Part shown: one piece after another, positions 39,994-53,947 of the stretch
How the letters are laid out: each line of letters starts with the position of its first letter
Position numbering within the stretch: the stretch's first letter is position 1
From: Eledone cirrhosa
Taxonomy: Eukaryota
Reading direction: 5' to 3'
Length of the DNA: 64,000 nucleotides
Assembly: GCA_964016885.1 (NCBI GenBank)
Contig: OZ024740.1
Coordinates: forward strand, 36,518,001-36,582,000
Notes under the pieces: model-generated
The model's database searches: none
Seen by the model: only the letters and a program-made list of their open reading frames with translations
What the model was told of the DNA's origin: nothing
Program-made: the position numbers and the translations under genes

Positions 39994-40031
39994 CGAGAAC
40001 AATTGTTTCACCTTAGCGGATCTTCAGCTCG
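39994..40031 (-). ncRNA. Minimal hammerhead ribozyme within a palindrome
   Basis: CGAG-CTGAAGA-TCCGCTAAGGT-GAAA-CAATTG-TT-CTCG. Confidence 0.62.
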
Positions 40032-40186
40032 TACTCCTGAAGATCCGCTAAGGTGAAACAATTGTTTTCGGTATGGTGAACTAACTGTTGTGGTATGTGT
40101 TATGTATTTCCGTAGAAAATGTAAAGGAAAGAAGAGTGTTCTATGTATAGTACAGAGCAATTTAATTATATAATAAACAACACAAA

Positions 40187-40268
40187 ATTCCATTACCCAA
40201 GGTTTCACGAAGTTAAACGAAGTTAGACGATTCTAACAGAAACGTCTAGTTCGTTCATCAGATGAAAT
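40187..40268 (-). ncRNA. Minimal hammerhead ribozyme
   Basis: ATTTCAT-CTGATGA-ACGAA..TAGACG/CGTCTA..TTCGT-GAAA-CCTTGGG-TA-ATGGAAT. Confidence 0.7.
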
Positions 40269-40461
40269 ATCTATGTTATGGATATAAGATATGAAATTAA
40301 AATCTATTACAAATGAAAGTGAGGCCGAATTAAAATAACGGAAAAAATACAAGTACATACAGAATCAGATATACATATACATATGCATAAAATTGAAATT
40401 CAGCCTCACTTTCATTTGTAATAGATTTTAATTTCATATCTGTTAGAATATATATACACAC

Positions 40462-40497
<36 letters not shown>

Positions 40498-40994
40498 AGA
40501 TAAATCTACCCAAATAAACGGTAGTGTTCAATCCGTATGAAGAACACAATGTAATCCAAATATAGAAGATATCATGATAAGAGTAAATGCATTCAAAATT
40601 TAACGATAAAAATCATAGGAAAACAGAGTCAAGATAAATTAATAAAAACAATGATATAAAAACAAAGAACAGGTTCCTTATATTGAAAAAATCATCATTT
40701 TACGATCGTTTTCGGGATATATATGTGGGTGTTGGTATGTATATCATATTAAAGATCTATGTAAAAAAATATTACAAATTATCAGAGGAGATATACATAC
40801 CTCAACTTATATATGCCATCTTCAGAAATGATGAAGTATGTTTATTGAAAGAAAGTACTAATACAAAAAGTCTGTTTGGGAACAGGTTTTGAATTGACCA
40901 ATAGTAAAGAGTTAGAGATCAAGTTGATAGAATAACAGTAGTAGAAACTTTATGCTAGATATATTTATATATATATATATTGTATATATATATA

Positions 40995-41093
40995 CAGTGA
41001 AATTCTGTTATAACGAAATTCACGGGGTATAAAAAAAAATTCGTTGCAACAAAAAATTTGTTATAATAGTTTGTTATAACGGAATTTTACCTG
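40995..41093. mobile_element. Tc1/mariner-pogo-type MITE
   Basis: TA-CAGTGAAATTCTGTTATAAC...GTTATAACGGAATTTTACCTG-TA. Confidence 0.7.
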
Positions 41094-41096
41094 TAT

Positions 41097-41144
<48 letters not shown>

Positions 41145-41594
41145 GAAACGAGTCAGGACCCTAACAGCTGAGCCCCGGCCGTTTCGACAGCTAGATCCGA
41201 ACATATGTATTTATAATTGCGTGATTACTTCTCTATCTGTATCTTTGTATATATTTATTTTTATTAGTATTTCTTATCATATTTCACCCCCCCCCCCCCC
41301 CATCATACTTCCTCTTTCGAATTGTTTAAAGTGAATTGTCGTAAAACATATCATCTCGTTATCATAACTTAAAATATATTACAAAGCTTCGTCAATTGTT
41401 TACATTGAACCCGACCCAATCTTTTCGTTGTCACTATAAAACATCAATTAAAGTTGCTGAATTTAAAAATTCCTCTGAAAACATGTCTCACCATCTACGT
41501 ACAAACATATATATGATGGTTGTCCCTTCGTTATCGAGTATGGCCATTACACGATATAACATTATTAATAATTATCAATTAATTCCATCATGCA

Positions 41595-41815
41595 ATGCCT
41601 GTGCGTGAAGATTTTTTTTAAAGTGAGGAAAGACTGTGTACTGAGTCAATCCCACTCTCTGAGCGACAGTAGCTATATCCCGAAAAGAAAAAAAGATCAA
41701 CATCATCGGTAACTACTGAGCCGCGGGGTTATGTCGGAGTTATCCCAGTTTTCTGAGTTGCCTTCTCCTAGCGGAAGAACTCATAAGAGTCAATGGCCAT
41801 GCAAAAATGTGTAAA
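41595..41815 (-). mobile_element. Fragments of the RTE-related non-autonomous repeat
   Basis: 41595-41772 is the reverse complement of ~62280-62455; 41773-41815 matches ~62163-62210 in direct orientation. Confidence 0.7.
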
Positions 41816-41997
41816 AATGTATATTGTATATACATGTATGCATGTCTATGTATATGTGCGGGGACATAGAAATAATCGGGCTGGATACCCGATCGCGCGG
41901 TTATACATACATATATATATGCATATATAACTACTATATATATATATATATATTAATTCAAAATATTAACAAAAATAGACATTCGTGTGATCAAGTA

Positions 41998-42064
41998 TAT
42001 TTTATTATACATATTTCAGAGGTACTGAGCTATCTTCAACAGTACGTCCTCATCAGATAAAATA
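41998..42064 (-). ncRNA. Minimal hammerhead ribozyme
   Basis: TATTTTAT-CTGATGA-GGACGTACTG...CAGTACCTCT-GAAA-TATGTA-TA-ATAAAATA (8-bp stem I). Confidence 0.72.
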
Positions 42065-43644
42065 AGATGATGCATGACATACCCTGACTTAGTAGATGGT
42101 TAAGATTCAGTCGTGGTAGTGAATAAGATATGACAAAACTCAATATTTATATACCTTAAGATTGAGACATGCGTGTGAGAAAGCTTAAAAATACATAATA
42201 GTAATTTACATAACTGTTAGAGATTCAAATAATTTACATTATTGAAGAAAGAAGAAAGAAAGAAGAAAGACAGAGAGAAAAAATATAGTTACTAGAAGTA
42301 TAGAAAACAAAAGAGAATTGATCAAGGATAGAGAGACAAGGAGGAAAAATGTTTATAGTATAAAGCATAAGGAGGGAGATTTGTATTGTCGTGGATGTAT
42401 AGGGTGTGATTAGATGATGCAAAAAAATATATATCTATATAAATATGAATATACATTTGGGCATAGCTTTGTGAAAGAGTAAACTCGAATCTTTGAATTA
42501 TCTAGAAGTATCCATCAATCTAAATATTAAATAATAATATGAGGGTTTAATTTCCAGTCCTTAGTTAATTAGAAATATACTAACAATTAATTATATACAC
42601 TATATATATCCAAACGTATCCGGCTGACCGTTAAATTTCGAATCATTTATGTTATGAATAATGAATTAATCTAAAGGTATAATATTTCAGGCTATAAAAT
42701 TTATAAATATCTATATTAATATTAAAGTATACAATCATATTTAATTTATAAAATCATACTTAAAGTATTTGCAAACATGAGAAAGAAGAGACTTAATATT
42801 TTCATCCTCACGAAGGTAATCCATTTCAAATTATATTATTTTATATTATATTAAAAATATTTTTTTTTATTTTTAAATAATAATTCTCATTATATAATTT
42901 AGAAAATAATTACAGTTATAACTTTAAAAATTTAAAATTAACAATTAGAATGCCCTAAAGTATCTAAAGGCCTTATAATTAGACTAAAAAAGGGTATTAT
43001 TAAATTAGATATACGTATTTGTCTAAATATATACAAATAGTATATTGTCTAAAGTTCAAGACGATATTAGTCAGTTATACACAATATAATATAATATAAT
43101 AAATAAGTTACTGTTAATATTGTTAAAATTAAGGCTTTAGATCAATTATTATATTAGAATAATGTAATACATATATACTATAAATATACAAATCAAACTT
43201 CATGAATCATAAGGATAAGAACCAGATTAAAAAAAAAAAAAGTAAATTGTTTGCGATATTAAAAGTGGCAAATATTTAAGCTATATAATTTAAAAATACA
43301 AGAAAATTTTTTTGTAGTATAATTTCATATTTAAAGTGTCTGCAAACATGAGAAAGAGAAAACTTGAGATTTTCATCGACCTGAAGGTAACCCGAATTTA
43401 ATTAAATTAAAAAATAATAATCGTTATATAATTTAGAAGATATTTAACAATTATAACACTAGAATGTCATTAAGTATCTAAAGTACTTATAAATGTGGCT
43501 AGAAGCATATTATTAAACTAGATATATACATTTGTCCAAATATATACAGAGTATTCTGTTCGGAACTCAAGACTATATTAGTGATCCAAATACATATAAT
43601 AAATAATAAATACAATCATTGTTAGTAAAGATTATAATTGAAAT

Positions 43645-44090
43645 TTGACATCATTTAATGTCAATAGTAATAACAATAAATCGAAATGTAATTGTAGAAA
43701 TAGATCAAATTGCCCTCTGCAAAATAATTGTCAGGATAGCAATCTGGTCTATAAATGCTCCGTAAAAGCAAATAACATCACATACAACTATATTGGTGCA
43801 ACTTCATCGACATTTAAATCAAGATTTTTGAATCACAAATACTCTTTTTCGAATCCTAATAGGAAATCTTCGACTTCTTTATCACAATTTATATGGTCGT
43901 TAAAAGACAAAAATTTAAAATACTCGATTTCTTGGTCGAAAATGTGTAATAGTCGAATCTATTTGAATTCTTCAATATCACCTAACTGCAATCTCTGTAC
44001 TATTAATAATCCTATTAATAATTACTAATTATGAAAATTTAATAACAAAAAAGTGAATTAATCTTAAATCGCCTTCATAAAGCTTCCTCT
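43645..44090 (+). mobile_element. Penelope-like GIY-YIG endonuclease fragment
   Basis: CNCRNRSNCPLQNNC, LVYKC, YIGATSSTFKSRFLNH, CNLC. Confidence 0.82.
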
Positions 44091-44939
44091 ACATTCCTAG
44101 CCTCGCAAAAAGTCAGGAAAAAACACTAAATAAATAGGTTATAATTTTTGACGTCTCTTATCAACTAAGTGCGTAAAATGTTATAACAGATTATAAAACC
44201 TTATAATTATTTTTTATTCATTTATGATATGATTAAAGTTAGATGCTTAAAGGGTTCTATATAAACATATAGACTGTTAACATGATCTCTTGATGAATAT
44301 GCATATCGTTTGATTGTGTAGAAATATTTATTTTGATTGGGATTCTTGTATTTTTTTTAATATATAGCTTATATGGTTAACAGTGTTAATTAACCGTAAA
44401 CCATTCATGCATATATGTATTTATTCTTTTGGAGTATCTTAGTTTTAAGTTTCAGGATGTTTGATTTATATCTTTATATTTATTTATATATATATATTTA
44501 TGGTATATGCATCGCACACGATCCTAGTCGTCAAACCTTTTCCACTTAACTTCATGTAAAATTTCAATTATAATCTTTACTAACAATGATTGTATTTATT
44601 ATTTATTATATGTATTTGGATCACTAATATCGTCTTGAGTTCCGAACAGAATATTCTGTATATATTTGGACAAATGTATATATCTAGTTTAATAATATGC
44701 TTCTAGCCACATTTATAAGTACTTTAGATACTTAAGGAAATTCTAGTGTTATAATTGTTAAATATCTTCTAAATTATATAACGATTATTATTTTTTAATT
44801 TAATTAAATTCGGGTTACCTTCGGGTCGATGAAAATCTTAAGTTTTCTCTTTTTCATGTTTGCAGACACTTTAAATATGAAATTATACTACATATACATT
44901 TGTCCAAATATATACAGAATATTCTGTTCGGAACTGCGG

Positions 44940-45471
44940 TCCCCCTATTAAATCTTATATCATCAACAAAAAATCACCTAGAGAACATCAAAATTGCTCC
45001 TGTAGAGTCAAAAGTGAATACCCATTACAAGGTAAATGCAACACCAAAGCCATTGTATATGCGGCTAAAGTGACAACCATCAGCAACAACCAACCAGCCA
45101 CCAGTGAACGATATGTGGGTATGACACAAGACAAGTTCAAAACGCGTTATTACTCACATGTCGCATCCTTTCGACATCCAGAAAAAAGATTCACAACAGC
45201 TCTGGCTAGCAGAATATGGGATTTGAATGATCAAGGTATCCAATATAAATTAGATTGGTCAATTTTGAACCAATCTAAAGAATATGCAAGAGGAACAAGA
45301 AAATGCACACTCTGCGTAAATGAAAAATATTGGATTTTACAAAACCTTAAATCACCAAAAACCTGCCTAAATACAAAGACAGAAATTTTTACCAGTTGCC
45401 CACACATTAAATCACACTTGCTTTCCAGCTCATATAAACTTAACTCACTTTCAGATACTTATCCTCCATAA
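44940..45471 (+). mobile_element. Penelope-like GIY-YIG endonuclease fragment, second family
   Basis: IVYAAKV...YVGMTQDKFKTRYYSH...CTLCVNEKYWIL...LNTKTEIFTSCPH. Confidence 0.85.
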
Positions 45472-46045
45472 GCTCTTATTCTTCACTTAAATTATTCTCT
45501 TTAAAGACTACTCTTTCTGATTTACTTTCATTTTTAACCTTATTATTAATTTTAATTTTATTTTTATTTTTATTTTTATTTTTACTTCACGTCCACCAGT
45601 AACCCCCCCCCCCCCTTTATCCTTCGATTCACTTACCTAATATCTTCACTTTCCACTTCTTACTTCCCTATTTTCTTTACTACCTGATTACACAGGTCAC
45701 TTGCGTTTTCCACTCCTGATATTTTCTGTTATTTCGCAGCCAATTTTATATTTTTATATTTGTACTCATTTATTCATAAGGCTGCTTTACACCCTGTATC
45801 TATGTGTCTGAGCGTCTTTATGTGTGTATACGTTCTGTATATGAACACGAACGCCTCCGTATGCGCGCGTGCGTGCGTGTATATATATGTGTATGTATGT
45901 GTGTTTTTATATCTGTGTTTTTATATCTATGTTTTTTACATTCTTATTTTAATGTGTGTGCGTGTAAGCGGGTCAATGTACGACGTGGATATATGTGTGT
46001 GTATGTGTGTATATATGTATTGTATATATGGATGTATATGTGTGG

Positions 46046-46104
<59 letters not shown>

Positions 46105-46218
46105 AACAAGTAAGACCCCGACAGCTGAGCTCAAGCCGTTTCGACGGCTAATTCTGTACTGAGTATTGAGTACTTTGGTGCGTTATGGTCCACTTGGTTC
46201 CTTACCACATTCCCTTCG

Positions 46219-46270
<52 letters not shown>

Positions 46271-46992
46271 TCGCGTACGTACGTGTGATTAGATATACAT
46301 GGGGCGATATGTATGTATATGTATACGTGCATCCTGTGTAAGTATGTACGCATGCATACGCTTTTGTCTGTACGTATTGCGTGTATATATATATTTTCTT
46401 ATAGATAAATGTTTTTTATAGATATATGTGTATGTACGCGTGTATCTTCTTTTCTTTTCTTTTCTTTTCTTTTCTTTTCTTTTCTTTTCTTTTCTTTTCT
46501 CTAGTGTTAATTGACTACTTTCTCTTTCATTAAAATTTTTTTCTTTCTCACATATTGTTTAATTTTTATACATATATCGAGAATGACACTTTCTTTTAAC
46601 TATTACACTCCCTTCCCCCTTTATCTTCCGCATATAAGTGATCGCGCATGTGTGTGTGTTTATACGCGTGCTTTCATACTCATATGTGTATCTAATACCT
46701 GTTTCTGGATTCGTGTCAACTAGATTATATCCGTATTTGTGGTTACATATACACAAATATACTTGCCCTCATATATGTACTTATGCACACATTTTCACCA
46801 TACACACGCATTTGTACATACATACATATGTACATTTGTGAGTGTATATCCCTACATATACACACACCTAACTATATTTCCTTATATTTTTTTATATATT
46901 GTATATGTCTATTGCATTACCTTTATTTATATATATATATATTTTTTTTGCATTTCTTGAGGAGACTTTCCAAATATTTCACTATGTTTTAT

Positions 46993-47070
46993 ATTGCCTT
47001 GTCCGACGAACGAATGAGGACGTTTCTTTCGTATTCGTCTTATTCGGGAAACCTCTGGTAATGAGGTAAT
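46993..47070 (+). ncRNA. Degenerate hammerhead ribozyme (core CCGACGA)
   Basis: 10-bp stem I ATTGCCTTGT/ATGAGGTAAT, long stem II, GAAA-CCTCTGG-TA; resembles the 40187 motif. Confidence 0.55.
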
Positions 47071-47139
47071 TATATTGTATTGTTTATTATACATTATATA
47101 TATATATATATATATTCCTGGAGGACTCGGTTGATGTCC

Positions 47140-50086
47140 ATCCAAACTACATCCCTTTCTTCGTCCTCACTGAAACCCATCTCAGTAACCTCCACTTGGA
47201 AGCCGAGGTGAAAGTGAAAAGTTTCAAAGCCATCCGTGCTGATCGCGCTGCAGAAGAAAGGGTGGAACTGCCATTTATGTCCATAATTCTATCTCAACAG
47301 AGGCTATGAACATATTCACTAATGGATACTGCGAATCAGTCACTGTATTCAGTCAAACCAACAACCTAATAGTAGTTGGGCTCTATAGGCCACCCCAAAC
47401 GCCTCTACCATGCTTCAAGGAATGCCTCAACAGCATAAAGTGTTTCATCCAAGAGTGTCACCCTGACAACATCTTAATGATGGGGGACTTCAACCTCCCC
47501 GGAGTTGACTGGTCCACAAACAGACTGCCACTAGGTTCTTCTGCCTCAACCTCTGACAGGGAAGCAGTGGAATCGCTTCTTGACTTCATGGATGATTTCT
47601 TCCTGTCCCAACTGGTGCTCGAACCAACGAGGTGCCACAAAAATGTCCTAGACTTAATTTTCAGCAATCACACTGACAATATCCACAATATTGCAGTGGA
47701 GAAAACTCTACTCTCTGATCATGACATGGTTCTCTGTGATCTGAGATTCCACCGTCCAATATACAAACCCAATGTCATCTCTCCTGTCCATCCGTTTGAC
47801 GCTATGGATTTCCACAATGCAAACTGGGAAGCGATCAGTCATGATCTTGCACATGTCGACTGGTCCTTAACGCACACTCATACACCCACTAACATCAAAA
47901 AGTCCTGGCAGACATTTGTGGACACTGTTACAAACATATGTGCAAAATACACCCCATTCAGAACTATAAACAAATCTAAGAGCAGAATCCCTAGAAATAG
48001 AAAAACGCTCATCAGGAAAATTAAGAGAACTAACAAAAAAAATGAACAAGCTGAAATACTGTCAGCAGCAACACATCAACTTGACTGCCATTTCATCACT
48101 AGAGATTAAAAAACATAACCTCCAAAACAATATGATGTCTATCATCAACAATCAGAGAAGAGCTGAAGAGGCCTGGGCCATTGAGAAGATCAAACTCAAT
48201 CCCAAAGTGTTCTTTTCATTTGCAAAAAAACACAAAATCACTGGCTCTACTGTTGGCCCTCTAATTGATGAAAATGTCACTCTTCAAGACAATGCTAAAA
48301 CCATGGGTGGGATACTGCAGAAACAATACTGCTCTGTTTTCAGAAATCCTGATATGGCCGATCTGGGCTATATCGGCGATGTTACTCCCCATTACACCTT
48401 ATCGGACATAACGTTTGGCGCCCCTGATGTCTTAGCGGCAATAAAGGAAATCAAGCATAATTCAGCAGTAGGTCCCGATAGGTTCCCTGCTTGTGTCTTG
48501 AAGGCGTGTCAACACCAACTTGCATCTCCTCTTGCCAATCTGTGGCGGAACTCACTGGATGCTGGATATGTGCCAGAAAACCTTCTATCCCAGTCTGTTG
48601 TCCCAGTTTTCAAAAAAGGAAACAAATCCCTTGCCGGGAATAACCGTCCAATCTCACTCACCTCTCATATCATTAAGGTATTTGAGAGAGTGGTGAGATC
48701 GCGAATGACCCACTTCCTTGAGAGTAACAATATTCTGAATTCCAACCAGCATGGATTCCGTAATGGAAGGGATAGCCTGACGCAGCTACTGCATCACTTT
48801 GATGACATTTTGAGAGCCTTGGGAGAGGCTTCCAACACTGATGTTATCTACCTTGATTTCAGCAAGGCCTTTGACAGGGTTGATCATAACATTCTACTGA
48901 GAAAGCTGTCCAATATTGGTGTCACTGGAAAGCTGCTGCAGTGGATCAAGAGCTTCCTGCCAAACAGAACCCAACATGTTGTAGTCGAAGGAGTCAAATC
49001 CAGCCCAGCCAAAGTCAGTAGTGGGGTCCCACAATGCACTGTGTTGGGCTCACTTCTCTTCATCATCTATATTAATGACATCACTGACATCATCAAACAC
49101 AGCAACATTAGAATTTTCGCTGATGATTCCAAGCTCCAAAAGGTCATCAATGGCCTGGATGACCGGATAAGCCTTCAGTCAGATCTACTGGCTGTTACCC
49201 AATGGGCGGAAAAGAACAACATGTTACTGAACGAAGACAAATTCGAACTGATCCACTTTGGAAAAGAGGATGCTCTGAAACTCCCGTACTCCCTTCCCTC
49301 CGGTGAAACTCTCGTGGCATCTAACAACATCAGAGACTTGGGAGTAACCGTGGACAGCAACATAAGCTGGGCCACGCATATAAGCAGCAAAGTTGACATG
49401 GCGCGCAGAATGTGTTCCTGGATCCTCAGAACCTTCCAGTCGAGAGATTCCCACACCATTATCCTTCTCTTCTCCACTTTTGCCCGACCACACTTTGAAT
49501 ACTGTTGTCCACTGTGGTCTCCCCACACGAAACAAAGTATCATGAAACTTGAAGCTCCCCAAAGGGCAATCACGAAAAAGATAGATGGCATGTCAGACCT
49601 TGACTACTGGGGTCGACTAGAAAAGCTGAAACTTTACTCACTCCAACGTCGCCGTGAGCGTTATATTATCTGCATGATGTGGGAAATGTTTCATCAGCAC
49701 TGCCCAAATGATGTTGGCATCACTTTCAAAATACACCCAAGGCTTGGGCCCCGTGCTATCCGTCCCAAACAAAAATCTAAATCGCAACTCATAACAACAA
49801 TACGGCACAATTATTTCACCTCAATTGGCCCTGCTCTCTTCAACATCACACCAGGACACGTCAAAACAGAAACTGACCACACAAAATTCAAGAAGTCTTT
49901 GGGCAAATTCCTCCAAGTAATCCCGGACAAACCACCACAGCCGGATATGTCTCCGCAAACAGTAGTTCTCTTCTCGAATGGGCCATGGTGCCCAAATCCT
50001 GAATTGAAAGACTTCGCCAGGTGGTGCTATTAAGTTAGACATGGACTGGGCCAATACTGACCAAAACATTTCAAAGTTATTCAAAG

Positions 50087-50088
<2 letters not shown>
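47140..50088 (+). mobile_element. CR1-group LINE ORF2 (APE + RT), frameshifted, inserted in (TA)n
   Basis: FVLTETHL, GLYRPP, MGDFN, LDLIF, SDHD; NRPISLTS, QHGFR, YLDFSKAFDRV, FADDSK; frameshift in the A-run at ~48040. Confidence 0.9.
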
Positions 50089-50161
<73 letters not shown>

Positions 50162-50201
50162 TATTTTATAGAAGGAGCTTCTACAGGACTAGTACTGTTT
50201 C

Positions 50202-50232
<31 letters not shown>

Positions 50233-50235
50233 TAA

Positions 50236-50309
<74 letters not shown>

Positions 50310-50494
50310 GGCAACACTCATGTTTTTCCATTTCTCCGAGGGTTATAAACCCCACTATCAGGCGAGAAATTTCTTTAGTCTAAATTACGGTGAAAGCTTA
50401 TAATTTCTAATTTCTAATTTCAAACTCGCGCACCGCTTCAAAAACATACTTACATGTTTACGTTTATAATTTGCTTGTATATATATATATATAT

Positions 50495-50838
50495 CATTTC
50501 ATTTCATCATTTCATTTTACGTCCGCTTTTTCCCTGCTTGCAAGGGTGGGACGGGAACTGATGCTGGCTTGATTTCTACAGTTGGATGCCCTTCCTAACA
50601 CCAACCTCATTTACAGTGAGTGCTGGGTGCTTTTTTGCCGTGGCACCTCCACGACCACTTTGCAGTGGAATGATATGGACCCCAGTCCCTATCATCTCAT
50701 TTCTACAGCTGAGTAAACTGGAGCAATGTGAAATAAAGTGTCTTGCTCAAGGAAACAACACATCACCCGGTCTGAGAATTGAACTCACAACCTTTCGATT
50801 GCAAGGCCAATGCTCTAACCACTAAGCTATGTGCCTCC
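50495..50838 (-). mobile_element. tRNA-derived SINE
   Basis: Minus-strand head GGAGGCACATAGCTTAGTGGTTAGAGC...GAGTTCAATTC (A/B boxes); tail (AAATG)n. Confidence 0.8.
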
Positions 50839-50850
50839 ATAATATATATA

Positions 50851-52640
50851 CACCCACGGTGTAACAGGAAAATTAGGATCATTTAAATATCTTTATTATA
50901 ATTGGTATAACTCAGAAAAATCAAACACTGCAAATTTTATGTTTATGCCATTTTATTGCGCAGTGTTTAGCACTTATTTTAGTTCAATGTGACCGCCATT
51001 TGCTATCTTTACCAGTTCAATGCGTTTTCGAAATGATGCACACGCCTTAACTATTTCTTCCTTATTCATTTTACCGAACGCTCGCTTAAACGAAGTCTTC
51101 AGTGAAGACACACATCTTTGAGAAGTATTCGCCGGCATATCTACGTTTATGGATTAGGACAATAGGATTGATGAGTTAATATCCGTATACAACAACTACA
51201 ACAACACGCGATGTGGCCCACCCACAGCCCCGGCGGACAGAATGGAGAAGGCGTTTCCCCGGAGGACGGCAAGGGAGACGCGCTGGAAAAGCCACTCCAA
51301 CTCACGGGGCTCACACCTGCGGCTGGCCAGCTCAGCGCCTATGGTGGTGAGTAAGGAGGTAGCCCTGGGGCCGAAGACACCAGAAGTCTCCACTGCCAGT
51401 GGTACGACCGCAAACCTGTCGGAGAGCGACCGGTATTTGAGGAGTTTAGCCCCCTCAGCTCGACGTGCAGCAGAACCTGGGTCAGTCGCAGACTGCACCA
51501 GGTTGCAGCTGCAGAAAGTGTCGGTGCAAGTGGCATCCCAGACGAGGGGTTTGCCACCACGGGACGGGAAGATGGTCATGCCATCTGGCCTTTTGCCGTC
51601 CCCTCGATCCATCCCAACCGGCTCGAGCTGGGAAGGGAAGCCTGCAGCGTCCAAGCGATGCTTAATGACCTCGTTGAGGGCAGCATGGCGTGGAATGCGG
51701 CCGGCACTGTGGCGACAGGAAAGCGGGTGGAGGCCGAAAGAGTCCACGGTGGAACCGCAGCGATATTGGTGTGGCTGGCAGATCCAGAGGCCGAGCCTCA
51801 GGGAAACGCTGATTCGCAGGCTATGGTGTTCTAGCTTCGTACCAGTGGAAAAGGAGGTCAAGGCATGGAGCCAGGCACCACTGTGGAGTTTGGAGGCCGC
51901 ACGAACACAAGCAAGGCGGTGCTGGTTGAGCTGGCGCGTGAGCCTGTCTGAGGCCAGGCCGCACTGGATGGCATCCCAAGTGCGTTGGGGGGACTTGACG
52001 TCAACAGGGGGAGAAGGAGGAGGCATGTCTAATTACGTAAGATATTGCTGCAACTGCGCTCCATAGCCAAACATCACATGGATTCAAATCTGGTGAGCTA
52101 TATTTACGGACAAAAATGGGCAATTCCTTCTTTAAAAATTCTTGCACACTTTTCGAGGAATGGGCGGGCGTGAAGTATTGTACAAATATGACATGATTTG
52201 CATCATAATGCTTCCTAATCCAAGGCAACGCAACTTCAAAACATTTGAGATACTCTGCTGTGTTAATTCTAAGACCTGCTTCAATAAAATGAGGAGGCAT
52301 CAATTTCCCATCACTTGCAACAGCTCCAACGACCATAATGGAAGCCGGATTCTTGCTATGCTTAGCTGAATGAACTTGGGAAGGGTCGTACGCTGACACT
52401 CATGAGATTTGACGGTTTGCAACTTCGTCTACCACGAACTTCTTTTCATCCACGAAGATGCGGACGTCTCCGCCACGATGTTTCAGATTGACTAAGAAGT
52501 TTGGGACTTCTTTCAGTTAGAATGGCTTTGGAGCCGGTAGTTAGAATGTTACGGTGTCTCCTCTCGTACGATTTCATATGGAGGTCTTGTCTCAGAGCCC
52601 TGGAAACGGTCATTGAGCCAACTTCGCCATTGATTTTGAT
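50851..52640 (-). mobile_element. Decayed Tc1/mariner-superfamily (maT/DD37D-like) transposon split by an insertion
   Basis: IFVDEKKF, IMVVGAV, PAH, SSPDLNPCD at 52025-52470; continues VSSLKTSFKRAF...ACASFRKRIELVKIANGGHIE at 50975-51113. Confidence 0.8.
51114..52022 (-). mobile_element. 5'-truncated CRE-like non-LTR retrotransposon (zinc finger + restriction-like endonuclease)
   Basis: 276-aa ORF with SGAWL, RLG, C..D..G.H.LSC, RH, RPDG, WDAT, VPLAVETSG, QRVSLAVLRGNA. Confidence 0.82.
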
Positions 52641-53523
52641 GGGTTCAACTTAATCGATAATTTAAATCTTGCTAAGGGGTGATATGTTTTCGGTCTTTGC
52701 GAGAAAACGTAAGAGAAACACAAACATAAGGACAATTTTTTCTAAACAATATTTATTAGTAACCACACAGCACCTTTGTTAGTTTTAATTCATAATAATT
52801 TATTTCTGTGACCTCCGTTCTCTTCTCCCTATCTCGCTTGTTGTTATTTTGGATTTGGTCTTTAGTTCTGCCATTTTGTATTAACTATTTTCCTTCCTCT
52901 TTTCTGCCTCTTTCTTTCTGTCCCTTTCTCTCTCTCTCCCACTCACTTATTCCATCTATCTCCTCCCCTTTCACTTATTCTCTTTCTCTCTTACCATCTA
53001 TCTCCTTTCTCCCCCGTCTCTCTCTGCTCCCTCCCCACTTCCGCCTCCCCCTCTCACTTCCGTTTTCCTTCGCCTCTCCCTCTTTGCGCCTGTTCACGCT
53101 AAGATCAGACGTTTTTCTCTTCGCTCTCTCTCGTGCTGTTAATACGGATTCAGGGCTTAAGCTCGGTCTCCTTTTTAACTTCTCTCTCTCTCCCATTGGT
53201 TACTGTAACTTACATGTACTACTGCGTCGTGTTTCCTCCTCTCTATCGGTATGGTTTTCTCCTGTTTATTTTCTTTTTTTGTCGTTCTCTTCGCTATCGT
53301 CTCTGTTTTTGTTGTTGTTGTTTTCTTCCGTAATAACTATTTCTCGTAGTTATTAATGCACTGTGGTGAGATGTACTGTCTTTAATGCGTCGAATAATCA
53401 GCGACCCACAGCAGACAGCGGAAGAGCGGGAATTGTCCTTATGTTTGTGTTTCTCTTACCCTTTCTAAACAATATATATATATATATATAATACAATTTG
53501 ACACATAATTCCACCATTTTCTG

Positions 53524-53558
<35 letters not shown>

Positions 53559-53947
53559 TAGAAGAATAACTGGCAAGTAAAAAAGGACTAAGTTAGTGAC
53601 CAATTTATTGAATGAGAATCATGGTAAATCTGTGCATATTCAATATTCCAAACATATTGTTTATATTATTTCTTAAGATAAACGGATTATTTTTTACCTA
53701 ATAAAATATAATTTGTATTTCAATAAGCCACTACAATATTCTTACTTGTACAGCAAACAATATGTTAGGTTCCAATGTTCAGGAAGTAACATATTTTTAC
53801 AGAATCGTCTGAATATAGAAAACGAGAAACTTAGAGTAACGAGTTGTAGTTTCATTTGTGTGCGTGACAGCTCACGCCTATCCAGGTGTAGCTGGCCTCC
53901 TTCAAGGTATATCTCGTTGGAGGTGTCTTGGGTAATTTAATGATAGG

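Noticed and set aside
50770-50838. tRNA genes here and at 54040-54105 and 32720-32786
   Set aside because: A/B boxes run into SINE bodies and no acceptor stem closes; these are SINE heads
51242-52066. 274-aa plus-strand ORF
   Set aside because: Antisense shadow of the GC-rich CRE-like ORF, with no recognisable motifs
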